From assembly GCA_050298055.1 (NCBI GenBank), contig JBNKTL010000006.1, positions 34,851-98,850 on the forward strand: DNA of 64,000 bases. The letters run 5' to 3'. Both the position numbers and the translations under genes were made by a program. This document shows, one piece after another, positions 50,751 through 60,572 of the stretch (position 1 is the stretch's first letter; the number at the start of each line of letters is the position of its first letter). The notes beneath the pieces are model-generated. The model saw only the letters and a program-made list of their open reading frames with translations. It was not told where the DNA came from and did not search any database. The DNA is from Spirochaetota bacterium. Its GTDB lineage: Bacteria > Spirochaetota > UBA4802 > UBA5550.

Positions 50751-50776
50751 CAGCCGTGGGTTTATGCCCATGGCTG
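50751..50776. terminator. Hairpin between convergent genes (terminator or REP-like)
   Basis: CAGCCGTGGG TTTATG CCCATGGCTG. Confidence 0.6.
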
Positions 50777-50786
50777 TAAAATCATT

Positions 50787-51230
50787 TTAATCTTTTAAAA
50801 GTTCATCAACCATAATGACAGGAGCATCACTCATTCTATTCCATAAGCCGTCGTTGCTAACTATATAATCCGCACCGCACACGGCAGCTGTAGCAAGCTG
50901 AATCGCATCCGGAGTTTTCATTTTATATTTTGTTCTAAATAATACAGCTTCTTCAGCAATCAGAAGATTTACCGGGTAAAGGCTTATATTTTCAGAGTTG
51001 GTAAAATAGTCTCTGTATTTTAATGCTAATTTTTTGTTACCCAGCTTCATTGGATGTGTTGTGATTTCAATATAGGTAATTATCGATGTCACAACCTGCA
51101 CATCATTATCATAAATGAAATCAAAAAGCATGGACATGGGCTGAAAATACTTTTCATTTTTTTCAAAGAAATAAATAAAGGGAGCGGTATCGATAAATAT
51201 CATATCACATTTTTCAATGCTCAGTCCCAA
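50787..51230 (-). CDS. vapC: PIN-domain toxin (VapC family)
   Basis: IFIDTAPFIY, S.IT..E, KTPDAIQLATA, SND. Confidence 0.9.
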   Translation of the reverse strand: MGLSIEKCDMIFIDTAPFIYFFEKNEKYFQPMSMLFDFIYDNDVQVVTSIITYIEITTHPMKLGNKKLALKYRDYFTNSENISLYPVNLLIAEEAVLFRTKYKMKTPDAIQLATAAVCGADYIVSNDGLWNRMSDAPVIMVDELLKD

Positions 51231-51478
51231 TTATCCCTCTCCCCTTGCACATATTTTTCAACATCGACTTCTTTCCAGATATCTGATCCAAGTCCTGCCG
51301 ATTTCCTGAAGTCAAGTTTAGCAGACTTCTTTTTCTTTTGTGAACCGGCTGCACCTGTAAGCTTCGCAATCTTTTTCCCTGATCTCTCAATTATAATCTC
51401 CTCACCCATAAGCGAAACCCTGTTCAGGAGCTCTCCAAACTTCTTTCTTGCCTCGACCGCAGAGATTGTAATTGCCAT
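51221..51478 (-). CDS. Phd/YefM-family antitoxin
   Basis: ISAVEARKKFGELLNRV...EEIIIERSGKKIAKL; overlaps the vapC start. Confidence 0.9.
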   Translation of the reverse strand: MAITISAVEARKKFGELLNRVSLMGEEIIIERSGKKIAKLTGAAGSQKKKKSAKLDFRKSAGLGSDIWKEVDVEKYVQGERDNWD

Positions 51479-51498
51479 AACTGTGTCTCTCAATAATT

Positions 51499-51536
51499 AG
51501 TATGATCAATATAATCATACTGATCGATATGGTCAA
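51499..51536 (-). promoter_or_regulatory. TA promoter with palindromic autoregulatory operator
   Basis: Minus strand TTGACC-17 bp-TATATT; perfect IR AGTATGAT-N7-ATCATACT (51499-51521) over the -10. Confidence 0.75.
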
Positions 51537-51798
51537 ATAAAATCTCAAAAATATCATCTTTTTTTATTAATACTGTTGAAGGAGAAGAATAATTAAAAGA
51601 TTTTTTTGTTTATTGCAAAATACTGAGCGATCTATAATTAACAGAGAACTATTTTCACCTCTCCGCAGAATTTTCTCAATGCTCATATATGTTATATGTT
51701 TAAAAATATTTCTTTACACAAAATGAATTTATCCCCTATTATGGATGGAAGTTTAATAATATATTATCTTTTAATTATATCCAAATAAAGGAGACCAA

Positions 51799-52362
51799 AT
51801 GAGACTGTTCAGAGTTCCGCTGCATTTATCATTATTTTTCTTATTCACTATTCTTATTACCGGCTGTTCGGCTTTCAATACTGATCTTCTCATCATTGAC
51901 AAGATTCCAAAAAATGCACCTAAAGGGTATATTGATTTTTATACAGAAAAAAATGAGGACGCCATTGAACTGCATAAAAAATTTCGCGGTACATTTTTTA
52001 TCTCCATACTCGAGAATGGAATGGAAAAAGAAATTAAAGATATGGTCTGGTCCTGGGAAACCAGGCGAAGAATAGCGGTAAAACCGGGCATGCAAACATT
52101 TAGAATTAAATATGCTTCAGCAGATATGAAAATAACTGTTAAGGCAATTGAGGGAATGATTGTACCTGTCAAGTTTACTTATGTACTTGGAGAATCAAAG
52201 TATTACTATCAGCTGGGAAGAGGTACAATGCACAAACAGTACTTTAATATGATTCCGAGTATCGAAAAAGCCGTACCCTGTTCAGGGAAACAAAAAGGGC
52301 TTAAATCTGACAACCTAAAGACTAGTGCAAAACCCTTCTGTTATACAATAAAAAATATTTGA
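51799..52362 (+). CDS. Hypothetical lipoprotein
   Basis: AGGAG RBS, lipobox ITGC. Confidence 0.7.
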   Translation: MRLFRVPLHLSLFFLFTILITGCSAFNTDLLIIDKIPKNAPKGYIDFYTEKNEDAIELHKKFRGTFFISILENGMEKEIKDMVWSWETRRRIAVKPGMQTFRIKYASADMKITVKAIEGMIVPVKFTYVLGESKYYYQLGRGTMHKQYFNMIPSIEKAVPCSGKQKGLKSDNLKTSAKPFCYTIKNI

Positions 52363-52603
52363 TAAAATAATTCCAATTTATATGAATCTACCCTCTTTCT
52401 CCTGAACCCGGAACACAGAACTTGGACTAATCCAAACACGGAATCCGAAACTTCCTCATCAACATCAACAAATACTTCTTCCTCTACCGCATATACGGAG
52501 AAGAAAAGGAATCACTTGCTTTCAATATATTTTTTTATTGACAATCTTAATATAAAGCTGTTCTTTTAATTTAGAAAATGTAGAGTATCAGAGGAGATGA
52601 AAC

Positions 52604-52819
52604 ATGCAGGTAACCATAAATATCCCTGATGAACTCTATCACGATATAGAAAAAACAGATGAAAATCTTGAATCTTCCATTATTCATGCCCTGGAATTGT
52701 ATACTGAACGGAAAAAAACAATTAATAGAAATAAATTTAAAAAATTAAAAGATTTAAAAGGTAAAATTAATTTTGACGAAAATGCTTTTTCTGAACTGAG
52801 GCAGAAAAGCCTGTTATGA
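52604..52819 (+). CDS. VapB-like (RHH) antitoxin
   Basis: MQVTINIPDELY...I.HALE.Y...LKGKINFD....ELR; ATGA overlap with the PIN gene. Confidence 0.8.
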   Translation: MQVTINIPDELYHDIEKTDENLESSIIHALELYTERKKTINRNKFKKLKDLKGKINFDENAFSELRQKSLL

Positions 52820-53194
52820 TTCTTATTGATACAAACTTACTTATAGATTATTTGAAAGGATCAGATACAATTCTTGGTGATCTTATTGAAATTGAAGAAA
52901 CTGCAATATGCGGCATTGTTCTCGCAGAACTTTTTCATGGCATAAATTCAAACAGTGAAAAGGAACTCATTCATGATGCTGTAAAAGATTTTGAATGGAT
53001 ACCCATTGAAGATACTATCTGGCGTTCCGTAGGGACCAATCTTAACAAGCTTAAAAAAAACGGACTTACTATACCTTTTCAGGATGCTGTGCTTGCCACA
53101 TTATGTATTGAAAACAAGATAAAAAATTGCAACGAAAGACAAACATTTTGAAAGGATCGCAACTGTTTTAACAGACCTGCAGGTTTACAAATAA
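52816..53194 (+). pseudogene. vapC: VapC/PIN toxin with a +1 frameshift in an A6 run
   Basis: ILIDTN, VLAELFHG, IPFQDAVLA; removing one A at 53121-53126 restores IATKDKHFERIATVLTDLQVYK* (stop 53192-53194). Confidence 0.8.
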
Positions 53195-53339
53195 TACAGA
53201 CACTGCGTCTTTGTGGTAATCACTCTTCTCTCCAATTTATAATCCAAAATTTAAATTTAACATTATTAACAACTCTCTTCTCTGTGCCTCCGTGCCTCTG
53301 TGGCCAATCTCTTTTTTAAACCTGCAACTCGAAACTACC

Positions 53340-54728
53340 CTACCTCTCCAAAACCCTCTTCCTCACAAGTGTATCGTTGAGCCTCTTCCACTCAACCACC
53401 AGTTTCTTGAAAAGCATCTGGTGATAGATAAGGCTGTACCGGCTCCTGTTGAGCTGTCTCCGTGCCTCGATAAGGTCGTCAAGGTCCGTTTTTCCAATAA
53501 GGAAATTCCTCTGTTCCGCGGCCACAATGGCACGGGAGAGCCTGATCTTCTCATCTGCCAGTTTTACCAGTTCCTCTTCGCTCTTCATTCTCCCTGCCAG
53601 GACCTTCATGTCCCTTTTCAGGGTGAGGACGCTCTTTCTCTTTTCAAGACCGGTCTTTTTCAGGTTAAGCTTCGCAATACCGGCTTCGGCCTTCTCTTTC
53701 TGCCTGCCGATATTGAGCTCACTGCTGATACCGAAAAAGAAGAGGTTCTCGGGATTGCCGAGGCGGTAGTCCCTCCCCAGAACACTGTAACCGGCAAAGA
53801 GGGACGCTGAGGGAAGGAGATTGTCACTGGCGATATCCCTGGCCAGTATCCCCTGTTTCTTAAGAAGGTCAAGGATCAGGGCCGTCCTGCTTTTTCGCGG
53901 GGGGACAGGGCCTTCGGTTTTTCCATCTATCCCGCCGGTGATGTTATCAGGCTTGACCGGGACATGGTTAAATTTTTCCCCAAGTCCCGATGCGGCCGCA
54001 ATCCTCTCCGCAATTTCCCCGTACGCGTCCCCCAGGTTTACCAGCTCTTCCTCGGCGGCAAGGACCTCCAGCCTTCCCTTGTTCACATCCTCCGGGTGGG
54101 CGATCCTGTACATCCGCTTCCTTATGATCAGGGAGTAGAGGATGTCACTGTCCCTCCTGATCTCTCTCCCTGTTTTCAGATTTTCGTAAGCAGTGTACCA
54201 GTCCACATAGAGTGAGATAAGGACGGCCAGGTAGTCCTCATATGCTTCAACGATCTGGTGCCTGGCCAGGCTCTCTTCCACATTCAGTTTTCTCTCCAGC
54301 ATCCGGGTCGACCTCCCCAGGGCGTTTCGCGCAAGAGGCTGGCTTACCTGGAGGGTAAAGCTTGATTTATAGCCCCCGGAATATCCGCTATAGGGAAGAG
54401 ACTTCGAGTACTCCGCGCTGATCTCCGTACCCGTAAAAGGGAAAAGTTTACTCAGGGAGAGAGAACCCTCCGCTCCGTTCTTCTCACTGTCATCAAGAAA
54501 GAGGTCGTACTGCCCGGTCAGGGACAGAACGAGATCGGAAGCCGGAAGCCCCAGGTCCTTTTTATACTTCAGGTAGTACTGATCAATAAGGATACCCTGG
54601 AATTCCGGATCAGCCGCGGCAGTTATCCTGATGAATTCCTTAAGGGTCAGCAGATTCTTTTTATCCGCATCAGCCCGGAGAGAGAGGGAGATAAAGAGCG
54701 CCAGAAGGATCGTTATCGCCCCTTTCAT
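53340..54728 (-). CDS. TolC-family outer membrane efflux protein
   Basis: Signal peptide, LTLKEFI, QPLARN..G, LLPS, F..G..DL..LI; coupled to the RND gene. Confidence 0.82.
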   Translation of the reverse strand: MKGAITILLALFISLSLRADADKKNLLTLKEFIRITAAADPEFQGILIDQYYLKYKKDLGLPASDLVLSLTGQYDLFLDDSEKNGAEGSLSLSKLFPFTGTEISAEYSKSLPYSGYSGGYKSSFTLQVSQPLARNALGRSTRMLERKLNVEESLARHQIVEAYEDYLAVLISLYVDWYTAYENLKTGREIRRDSDILYSLIIRKRMYRIAHPEDVNKGRLEVLAAEEELVNLGDAYGEIAERIAAASGLGEKFNHVPVKPDNITGGIDGKTEGPVPPRKSRTALILDLLKKQGILARDIASDNLLPSASLFAGYSVLGRDYRLGNPENLFFFGISSELNIGRQKEKAEAGIAKLNLKKTGLEKRKSVLTLKRDMKVLAGRMKSEEELVKLADEKIRLSRAIVAAEQRNFLIGKTDLDDLIEARRQLNRSRYSLIYHQMLFKKLVVEWKRLNDTLVRKRVLER

Positions 54729-57700
54729 GAACCGTCCCCCCTCCGCAACCGGCCGGCTACCTGCATCTCCATGCTGAAGAGCGCGGGGATAAGAACAAGG
54801 GTCACCAGTGTACCGAAGATAAGGCCCCACGCCAGGGCAAGCATCATCTCGGCCAGCATGGAGTCATATCCCGCGAAACCGTAAGCAGTGGGGAAAAGTG
54901 CAACAACCGTGGTTATGGTGGTAAGGAGGACCGCCCGGAGCCTCGTGGATGTAATGCCGGCGATCTCCCTGTCCGAAGACTCCCTGTCACCGAACTCCCC
55001 GTATCCTCCCGCAAGCCTGTTAAGAAGGATCACCGCGTCGTTTACCACCACACCGGAAAGCCCCAGTATCCCCACGACTCCAAAAAACCCGTAGGTGGAC
55101 ATCCCGTGAAGCCAGAAAACAACAAAGACCCACGCCGCGGCCGGGATGATCGCGGTCATAACCATAAGCGGTTTGTGCAGGGAGTTAAACTGCATAGCAA
55201 GAACAATATAGATCAGGAAGAGGACCATCCCGATACTGAAAGCAAAAACACCCGAGGACTCCCTGCTCAGCTTGATCTCTCCGTCGTAGGAGAAGAAGGT
55301 CCCCGGATAGTCCGAAGAGAGCTCCGGGAAGACATCTCTCTCCAGTTCATCGGCAACATCCAGGGGTGTGCGCCTGACCCCTTCATCGAGATCGGCATAG
55401 ATCCTGAGTATCCTCCTGTGGTCCAGTCTCTTTATCTCCACCGGGGAGGGGGTCTTTTCCATCCTCACCAGACTGCTCAGGGGGACCATGTAATCCTCCC
55501 GGTTGCGAACCGGGATATTGAGAACGGAGTTGATCTTCCCCTTCTCCCTGTCGGGGAAGGTTATCTTCACGTTCTTCTCCTCTGTCCCCAGAAGAAGCTT
55601 GTAGAGGATAGTTCCTTCCAGCCCTGTCCGGAGAGCGGTGCCGATGTCCTTTGCGCTCACTTCCAGTTTCCTCACAAGCTCGTTGTTGAGGGACACCCTG
55701 TATTCCGGGCTGGGATACGGCTTGTCGATCTCAACGTTTTTTACACCGCGCATGGCTTTCATGGAGGCGGCAAGTTTGTCAGCAACCCTGTTCCCGGTCA
55801 CTTGATCATCCTGGTGGACAATAACCTCAATGGGGCTCCCGCTGCTCGAACCGAACCTGTGCTGGGCAAACCGCACATAATTGAACCCCTTTATCTTCTC
55901 AACCTCCCTGTTCCACTCGGCTGTGAGTTTCTTCAGGGATTTTTCCCTTTTATCAGCGGGGACGAGCTCAACCCTCAGGTAGACCATGTTCTCCCTGTCT
56001 GTCCCCCTGAACCGCTTCTGCCCCACATATGTCCGGAAGCCAATCACCTCTTTTCCGAGATAGGGTATAAAAAGGGCTTCGATCTGTTCGGCCATCTTTG
56101 CGGTCTTATACTTGCGGCTGCCGGGAGGCGCCTCGGCATTCATAAAGATCTCGGTTGTTTCCTCCCGGGGGAAAAGGGCAAAGTGCATCTGGGTCCTGAA
56201 CAGCATGAGAGCACCTGCCGTAAAAATGATAAAAAAGAGGAGGATAAAGATCCGGTGTTTCAGCATCCGGCTCAGTAAACGGGAATACCACTCCTCTACG
56301 GCATAAAACCAGTGGTCCCCGGCCGGCGGCAGACTTTTTTTCTCCCTCCCCTTTTGAAAAATCCTGGCCGGGAAAGAAAATATTCTTCCCAGCCAGGGCG
56401 GCAGTGCAAGATGGAGATGTCCCGGAAGAATTATTATCGATTCGATAAATGACCCTGCAAGCATAATGGAGACAATAGGGGGTATTGAACCGGCAAGGAT
56501 AGAGAGCCTTCCCTCAAATGCCAGGAGGGGAAGGAACGCCGCAATGGTGGTCAGGATACTCGCGGTTATGGGGGACAAAACCGAATGTGTCCCCTCAACC
56601 ACCGCCCGGTGAAGAGGAACACCCGACGCCTGAAGTCTCATGACATTCTCCGATACGACGATTGCATCATCAACGATCATTCCCATTGCAATAATAACCG
56701 CGGCAAGGGTCATATTGTTGATGGTATAGCCGAAATACCCGGCAAAGACCATTGAAAAACAGAAGGTGAAAGGAATCCCCATGGCCACCCAGAAACCGGC
56801 CCTGAAGTTAAGAAAGAGAAAAAGAACTATCAGTATAAGGATAAAACCTATCGCCCCGTTATAGCCGATAATGGAGAGCCTGTTCCTCACGTCCCGGGAC
56901 TCATCGTCCAGGTGGACAATTCTCAGGCTGCTCCCCTCCGGAAGGCTTTTTTTGAAGAGATCTATCTCCCTCTTCACCGAGTCAACAGAGGAAATAATGT
57001 CTGCAGCGCTGTTCTTTACCGCGTTAAGGACCACGGCCTCCCTGCCGTTTATTTTCAGAAAACCGGTACTCTTTTCAAAACCGTCACGAATACGGGCAAT
57101 ATCCGAGAGCCTGATAAAACGTCCGTCGAACCCTCCCTGCACAATAAGTGACTCAAACTCCTTCACCGTATCCAGTTCGGCATCCAGTGTGACCCTCTCC
57201 TCGTCAACGCTCTCAAGGGAACCCGCGGGCCTCCGGACACTTGTCTTTTTTATCTCTTCGATCACCGTATTTATGGGTATCCGGTAGGAAACAAGCCTGC
57301 CGGGATCAAGAAGTATCTGGAACTCCTCCTGCAGGTAGCCCCGCCTGTTTATGCTGTTGATCTCGGGAAGCATGAGGAAACGCTGCTCAAGTATCTGCGC
57401 ATGATGCTGCAGTTTCTTTCTTTTATCGATTGTAAGATACGGCGAATCTTCAAAATAAAGGCCGATATCAATTATCGCTTTTCTTGATGTCTTGAACTGC
57501 CTGATTTCAGGGAGTTCATCCACCTCATCGGGAAGGTTTACACTGTAAACAGTGTTCCTGATTTCGGTTATGACAGTGTCCCTGGCGCCTTCGTCCTCAT
57601 CCATCTCAACCACGATTGACGAAGTCCCCTCGGAACTGGTACTCTCTATCTTTACAATCCCACTGACCGATTTCAGCTCTTTCTCAATGGGACGGGTAAT

Positions 57701-57901
57701 AAAGTACTCCACTTCGCCTGCGGAAGCACCGGGATAAAGTGTTGTTATTCTGACAAAGTCCAGTGTGAAGTCGGGCATCTCCGCCTTCCTGGTAGTCCCC
57801 CAGAAATATATTCCCCCGATACAGATCGCAATAAATATGAAATTTGAAAATATATGCTTCTGTGAAAAAAACTCAATTATTCTCTTCATCAATTGTCTCA
57901 T
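54725..57901 (-). CDS. AcrB/AcrD/AcrF-family RND transporter
   Basis: YPGASA.EVE..IT.PIE, GMIVDDAIVVSEN, GVVVND, RLRAVLLTT.TT, TLVLIP. Confidence 0.93.
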   Translation of the reverse strand: MRQLMKRIIEFFSQKHIFSNFIFIAICIGGIYFWGTTRKAEMPDFTLDFVRITTLYPGASAGEVEYFITRPIEKELKSVSGIVKIESTSSEGTSSIVVEMDEDEGARDTVITEIRNTVYSVNLPDEVDELPEIRQFKTSRKAIIDIGLYFEDSPYLTIDKRKKLQHHAQILEQRFLMLPEINSINRRGYLQEEFQILLDPGRLVSYRIPINTVIEEIKKTSVRRPAGSLESVDEERVTLDAELDTVKEFESLIVQGGFDGRFIRLSDIARIRDGFEKSTGFLKINGREAVVLNAVKNSAADIISSVDSVKREIDLFKKSLPEGSSLRIVHLDDESRDVRNRLSIIGYNGAIGFILILIVLFLFLNFRAGFWVAMGIPFTFCFSMVFAGYFGYTINNMTLAAVIIAMGMIVDDAIVVSENVMRLQASGVPLHRAVVEGTHSVLSPITASILTTIAAFLPLLAFEGRLSILAGSIPPIVSIMLAGSFIESIIILPGHLHLALPPWLGRIFSFPARIFQKGREKKSLPPAGDHWFYAVEEWYSRLLSRMLKHRIFILLFFIIFTAGALMLFRTQMHFALFPREETTEIFMNAEAPPGSRKYKTAKMAEQIEALFIPYLGKEVIGFRTYVGQKRFRGTDRENMVYLRVELVPADKREKSLKKLTAEWNREVEKIKGFNYVRFAQHRFGSSSGSPIEVIVHQDDQVTGNRVADKLAASMKAMRGVKNVEIDKPYPSPEYRVSLNNELVRKLEVSAKDIGTALRTGLEGTILYKLLLGTEEKNVKITFPDREKGKINSVLNIPVRNREDYMVPLSSLVRMEKTPSPVEIKRLDHRRILRIYADLDEGVRRTPLDVADELERDVFPELSSDYPGTFFSYDGEIKLSRESSGVFAFSIGMVLFLIYIVLAMQFNSLHKPLMVMTAIIPAAAWVFVVFWLHGMSTYGFFGVVGILGLSGVVVNDAVILLNRLAGGYGEFGDRESSDREIAGITSTRLRAVLLTTITTVVALFPTAYGFAGYDSMLAEMMLALAWGLIFGTLVTLVLIPALFSMEMQVAGRLRRGDGS

Positions 57902-57994
57902 TCATCCGGGAGAAAAAGTCAGCACATGGCTGTTTCTAAGAAACATGAAACCGTTTCCGGGTTTCAAAAAAACCTTCCGAAAAATATTTTATCG

Positions 57995-58024
57995 ATATAA
58001 CACCGGAAGTAACCGGTGATATAT
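57995..58024. promoter_or_regulatory. Candidate operator upstream of the second RND operon
   Basis: ATATAACACCGG-AAGTAA-CCGGTGATATAT, 11/12 inverted match. Confidence 0.5.
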
Positions 58025-58082
58025 TAAGTTTAATATATTTGCACACTACGGTTTTAAATCAAATAATATTTCACTTTTTTTG

Positions 58083-58219
58083 TTACTACTCAGTTATATG
58101 GCCATAATCAGCTTATATACTAAAATATCAACAATATGTTCCCGCCGCCCAAGGCGGCGGGAACATATCAGTTATCTTTTTAAATGAACTGTTTGATGAT
58201 GTAGCTATAAACGGTTTAA
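58083..58219 (+). mobile_element. Family A MITE-like element, copy 4
   Basis: TTACTACTCAGTT...ATATGTTCCCGCCGCC CAA GGCGGCGGGAACATAT CAGTTATC; perfect 16-bp stem at 58134-58168. Confidence 0.8.
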
Positions 58220-58242
58220 TATGCAGGAGAAGATATTTTTTC

Positions 58243-58271
58243 TTGACATCTCAGAGAACCGTCCGTATATT
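58243..58271 (+). promoter_or_regulatory. Sigma70-type promoter of the O-methyltransferase gene
   Basis: TTGACA-17 bp-TATATT. Confidence 0.6.
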
Positions 58272-58471
58272 CTACGTAAGCAGCAAGAAAAACCCGGCCT
58301 TACATTATCCAACACCCCCTTAACATCGTAAACACGTGCGTTCCCTTCATATTTTATTTATCTTCACACCTTCAATACAACTCAGTCAATCCGCCCCATC
58401 TATTAATCCCCATTAATTTAAGAGTTTATGATGCACATCGCATACTCATTATACTACTCAAGGAGTTTATT

Positions 58472-59479
58472 ATGGACACAAAAAAAGAAAAATTACAGCA
58501 GCAGCTCATGCAGCTGATTGTCTCAAACTGGATCAGCAGGCTTGTCTTCACAGCCATATATCTTGGAATCCCTGATCTTCTTTCAGGGGACCCGTTCACA
58601 ATTGAAAAAATTGCAAAAGAGTGCAGATGTCAACCGGAGCAACTCTACAGGATGATGAGGGCACTGGCCGAAGCCGGTTTTTTTACTGAAAACAGGGATA
58701 GATCCTTTACCCATTCACCTCTCTCCAAAATGTTAAGATCCGATACCATGGGACCAATTGTCAGGATGTTTCTTGACCGGTGGCACAATGCAGCCTGGGA
58801 CATGCTCCCCCGGGCCGTTGTGACAGGAGAATGCGGATTCCGGTCTGCTCACGGAAAAGACGCTTTTACCTGGTTTAAAGAGAATCCTGAAGAGGGGGAT
58901 ATCTATCAACAGGCAAACAGCCTCAAGGCTGCCATCCTTTCAGAGAAGTTAGCGGGAAGCTACAGTTTCAGGGATGGCGAAACCATTATTGATATCGGGG
59001 GCGGCTATGGCAACATCCTGATTGGCCTGCTTGACTCCAATAAAACACTCAAAGGCATCATTGCCGACCTCCCCCCTGTTATCAAAAGGGCAGAGACCTT
59101 CATAAAAAAGCATGGCCTTCATGAGAGATGCAGGGCAGTTGAGTGCGACTTCTTTCATGAGGTCCCTGCAGGGGGAGATACAATTATCCTCTGTAATATA
59201 CTCCATGACTGGGATGATGAGAAGGCCGGTTTGATACTTGAAAACTGCAGAAAAGCCATGAAAAGAGGATCAAAACTTCTGGTTTTGGAAATGATTTTAC
59301 CCGCTGACAGGAGACCTTCATTTTCACAGCTTATGGATATTGAGGTCATGGTTATGGGTAACGGGCGTGAAAGGAGTGAGGAGGAGTTCAGGATACTGCT
59401 TCATAAAGCAGGATTCTCTCTTCGGACAATAATTCCCCTTGGCGGGGAAACTTTCCTCATTGAATCTGCGGAAAAGTAA
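58472..59479 (+). CDS. SAM-dependent O-methyltransferase (Methyltransf_2 with dimerisation domain)
   Basis: LYRMMRAL, IIDIGGGYG, DLP.VI, DFF..VP.GGD, ILHDWDD, G.ERS..EF. Confidence 0.93.
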   Translation: MDTKKEKLQQQLMQLIVSNWISRLVFTAIYLGIPDLLSGDPFTIEKIAKECRCQPEQLYRMMRALAEAGFFTENRDRSFTHSPLSKMLRSDTMGPIVRMFLDRWHNAAWDMLPRAVVTGECGFRSAHGKDAFTWFKENPEEGDIYQQANSLKAAILSEKLAGSYSFRDGETIIDIGGGYGNILIGLLDSNKTLKGIIADLPPVIKRAETFIKKHGLHERCRAVECDFFHEVPAGGDTIILCNILHDWDDEKAGLILENCRKAMKRGSKLLVLEMILPADRRPSFSQLMDIEVMVMGNGRERSEEEFRILLHKAGFSLRTIIPLGGETFLIESAEK

Positions 59480-60010
59480 TCAGGTCACCCGGTAGACATA
59501 GATGATGTTGTCGTACAGCTTGTCAATTTCATGAACGGCAACAGGCTCCCAGCCGTCGACCGGAAAAGTATTGCACATAATAACTGTTCCCGGTCTGAGC
59601 TCCTTCTCAAATTTTCCCTTAAGCCTCTTCATTCCGCCGGGATGAAGATAGCATAAAACCAGTGAAGCATCCTCCAGGGACGCCTTATGGAAGTTTTTTC
59701 TGTACAGAGTAAGATTTTTCCGCGGTGTGATGAGTTTTTTGATTAAAGAATAGAGCCAGGGGACAGGGGAAATTTCATATGCAGCAACCGGTACCGAGGG
59801 AAATTTTCCGGCAACGGGAAAAGCAAGTGTTCCCCATCCGGAACCGAGTTCAAAGATACTTCCGGTATTGATATCAGGAATATTTTCAAGAAAGAGGTTC
59901 CTCACCCTTCTTGATGTGGGAACAGGTGATATTCCCGTATAAAAAGAGTAAATGAGCATCAGTACAATCAAAACAATTTCAATAATAAAAAAAATAAACA
60001 GTCCGGACAT
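59480..60010 (-). CDS. Membrane-anchored small class I SAM methyltransferase
   Basis: TM, GISPVPTS, ELGSGWG, YEISPVP, CYL.P..M..L, NTFP. Confidence 0.85.
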   Translation of the reverse strand: MSGLFIFFIIEIVLIVLMLIYSFYTGISPVPTSRRVRNLFLENIPDINTGSIFELGSGWGTLAFPVAGKFPSVPVAAYEISPVPWLYSLIKKLITPRKNLTLYRKNFHKASLEDASLVLCYLHPGGMKRLKGKFEKELRPGTVIMCNTFPVDGWEPVAVHEIDKLYDNIIYVYRVT

Positions 60011-60299
60011 AGAATCAACAGAAAACAGAATAGCCACACAGGGTAAACGGCATACTGCTTCAAAAAATAATTTCTGATAATACTGATTTGCAGGCCTTAA
60101 AGAAGTATAAAATTAATTTTTATAATGTAAAAGAGAAGATTATGAGAATTAAAATTAGACAATTTAAATATCCAAACCAATAAACAGATAACAGGGAGAC
60201 AGTATTTATACACACTGCAGTGTCAAGAATAATTATTGACACAGGATAAGAATTTAAAGGAAAATAATAAAGATTTAATTCATCTCACAGGAGGCTTTT

Positions 60300-60482
60300 A
60301 TGGATGAGTTCAGGACATGTCCTGCCTGCGGCTACGGCAGAGGTTTTCATATATCATTCAGAAAGGAGGAAGATACATTCAGGATAATTTTCATATGTCC
60401 TGAATGCGGTTCCTCATTTGACCTGGGGCTTTTCCAGCAGGGATTAAAGGAGATCAACCCGGTGAAGGGTGAGACATACTGA
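60300..60482 (+). CDS. Small zinc-ribbon protein
   Basis: GGAGG RBS; CPACGY..GFH...ICPECG. Confidence 0.75.
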   Translation: MDEFRTCPACGYGRGFHISFRKEEDTFRIIFICPECGSSFDLGLFQQGLKEINPVKGETY

Positions 60483-60572
60483 CTTTCCTGCTGCCCTGCC
60501 AGGGACTTCTTTTGGTGACCGGAAAATTATCCGTACAGGGATTCAGCAGAATATGAAGGAAGATTTTTAAGC

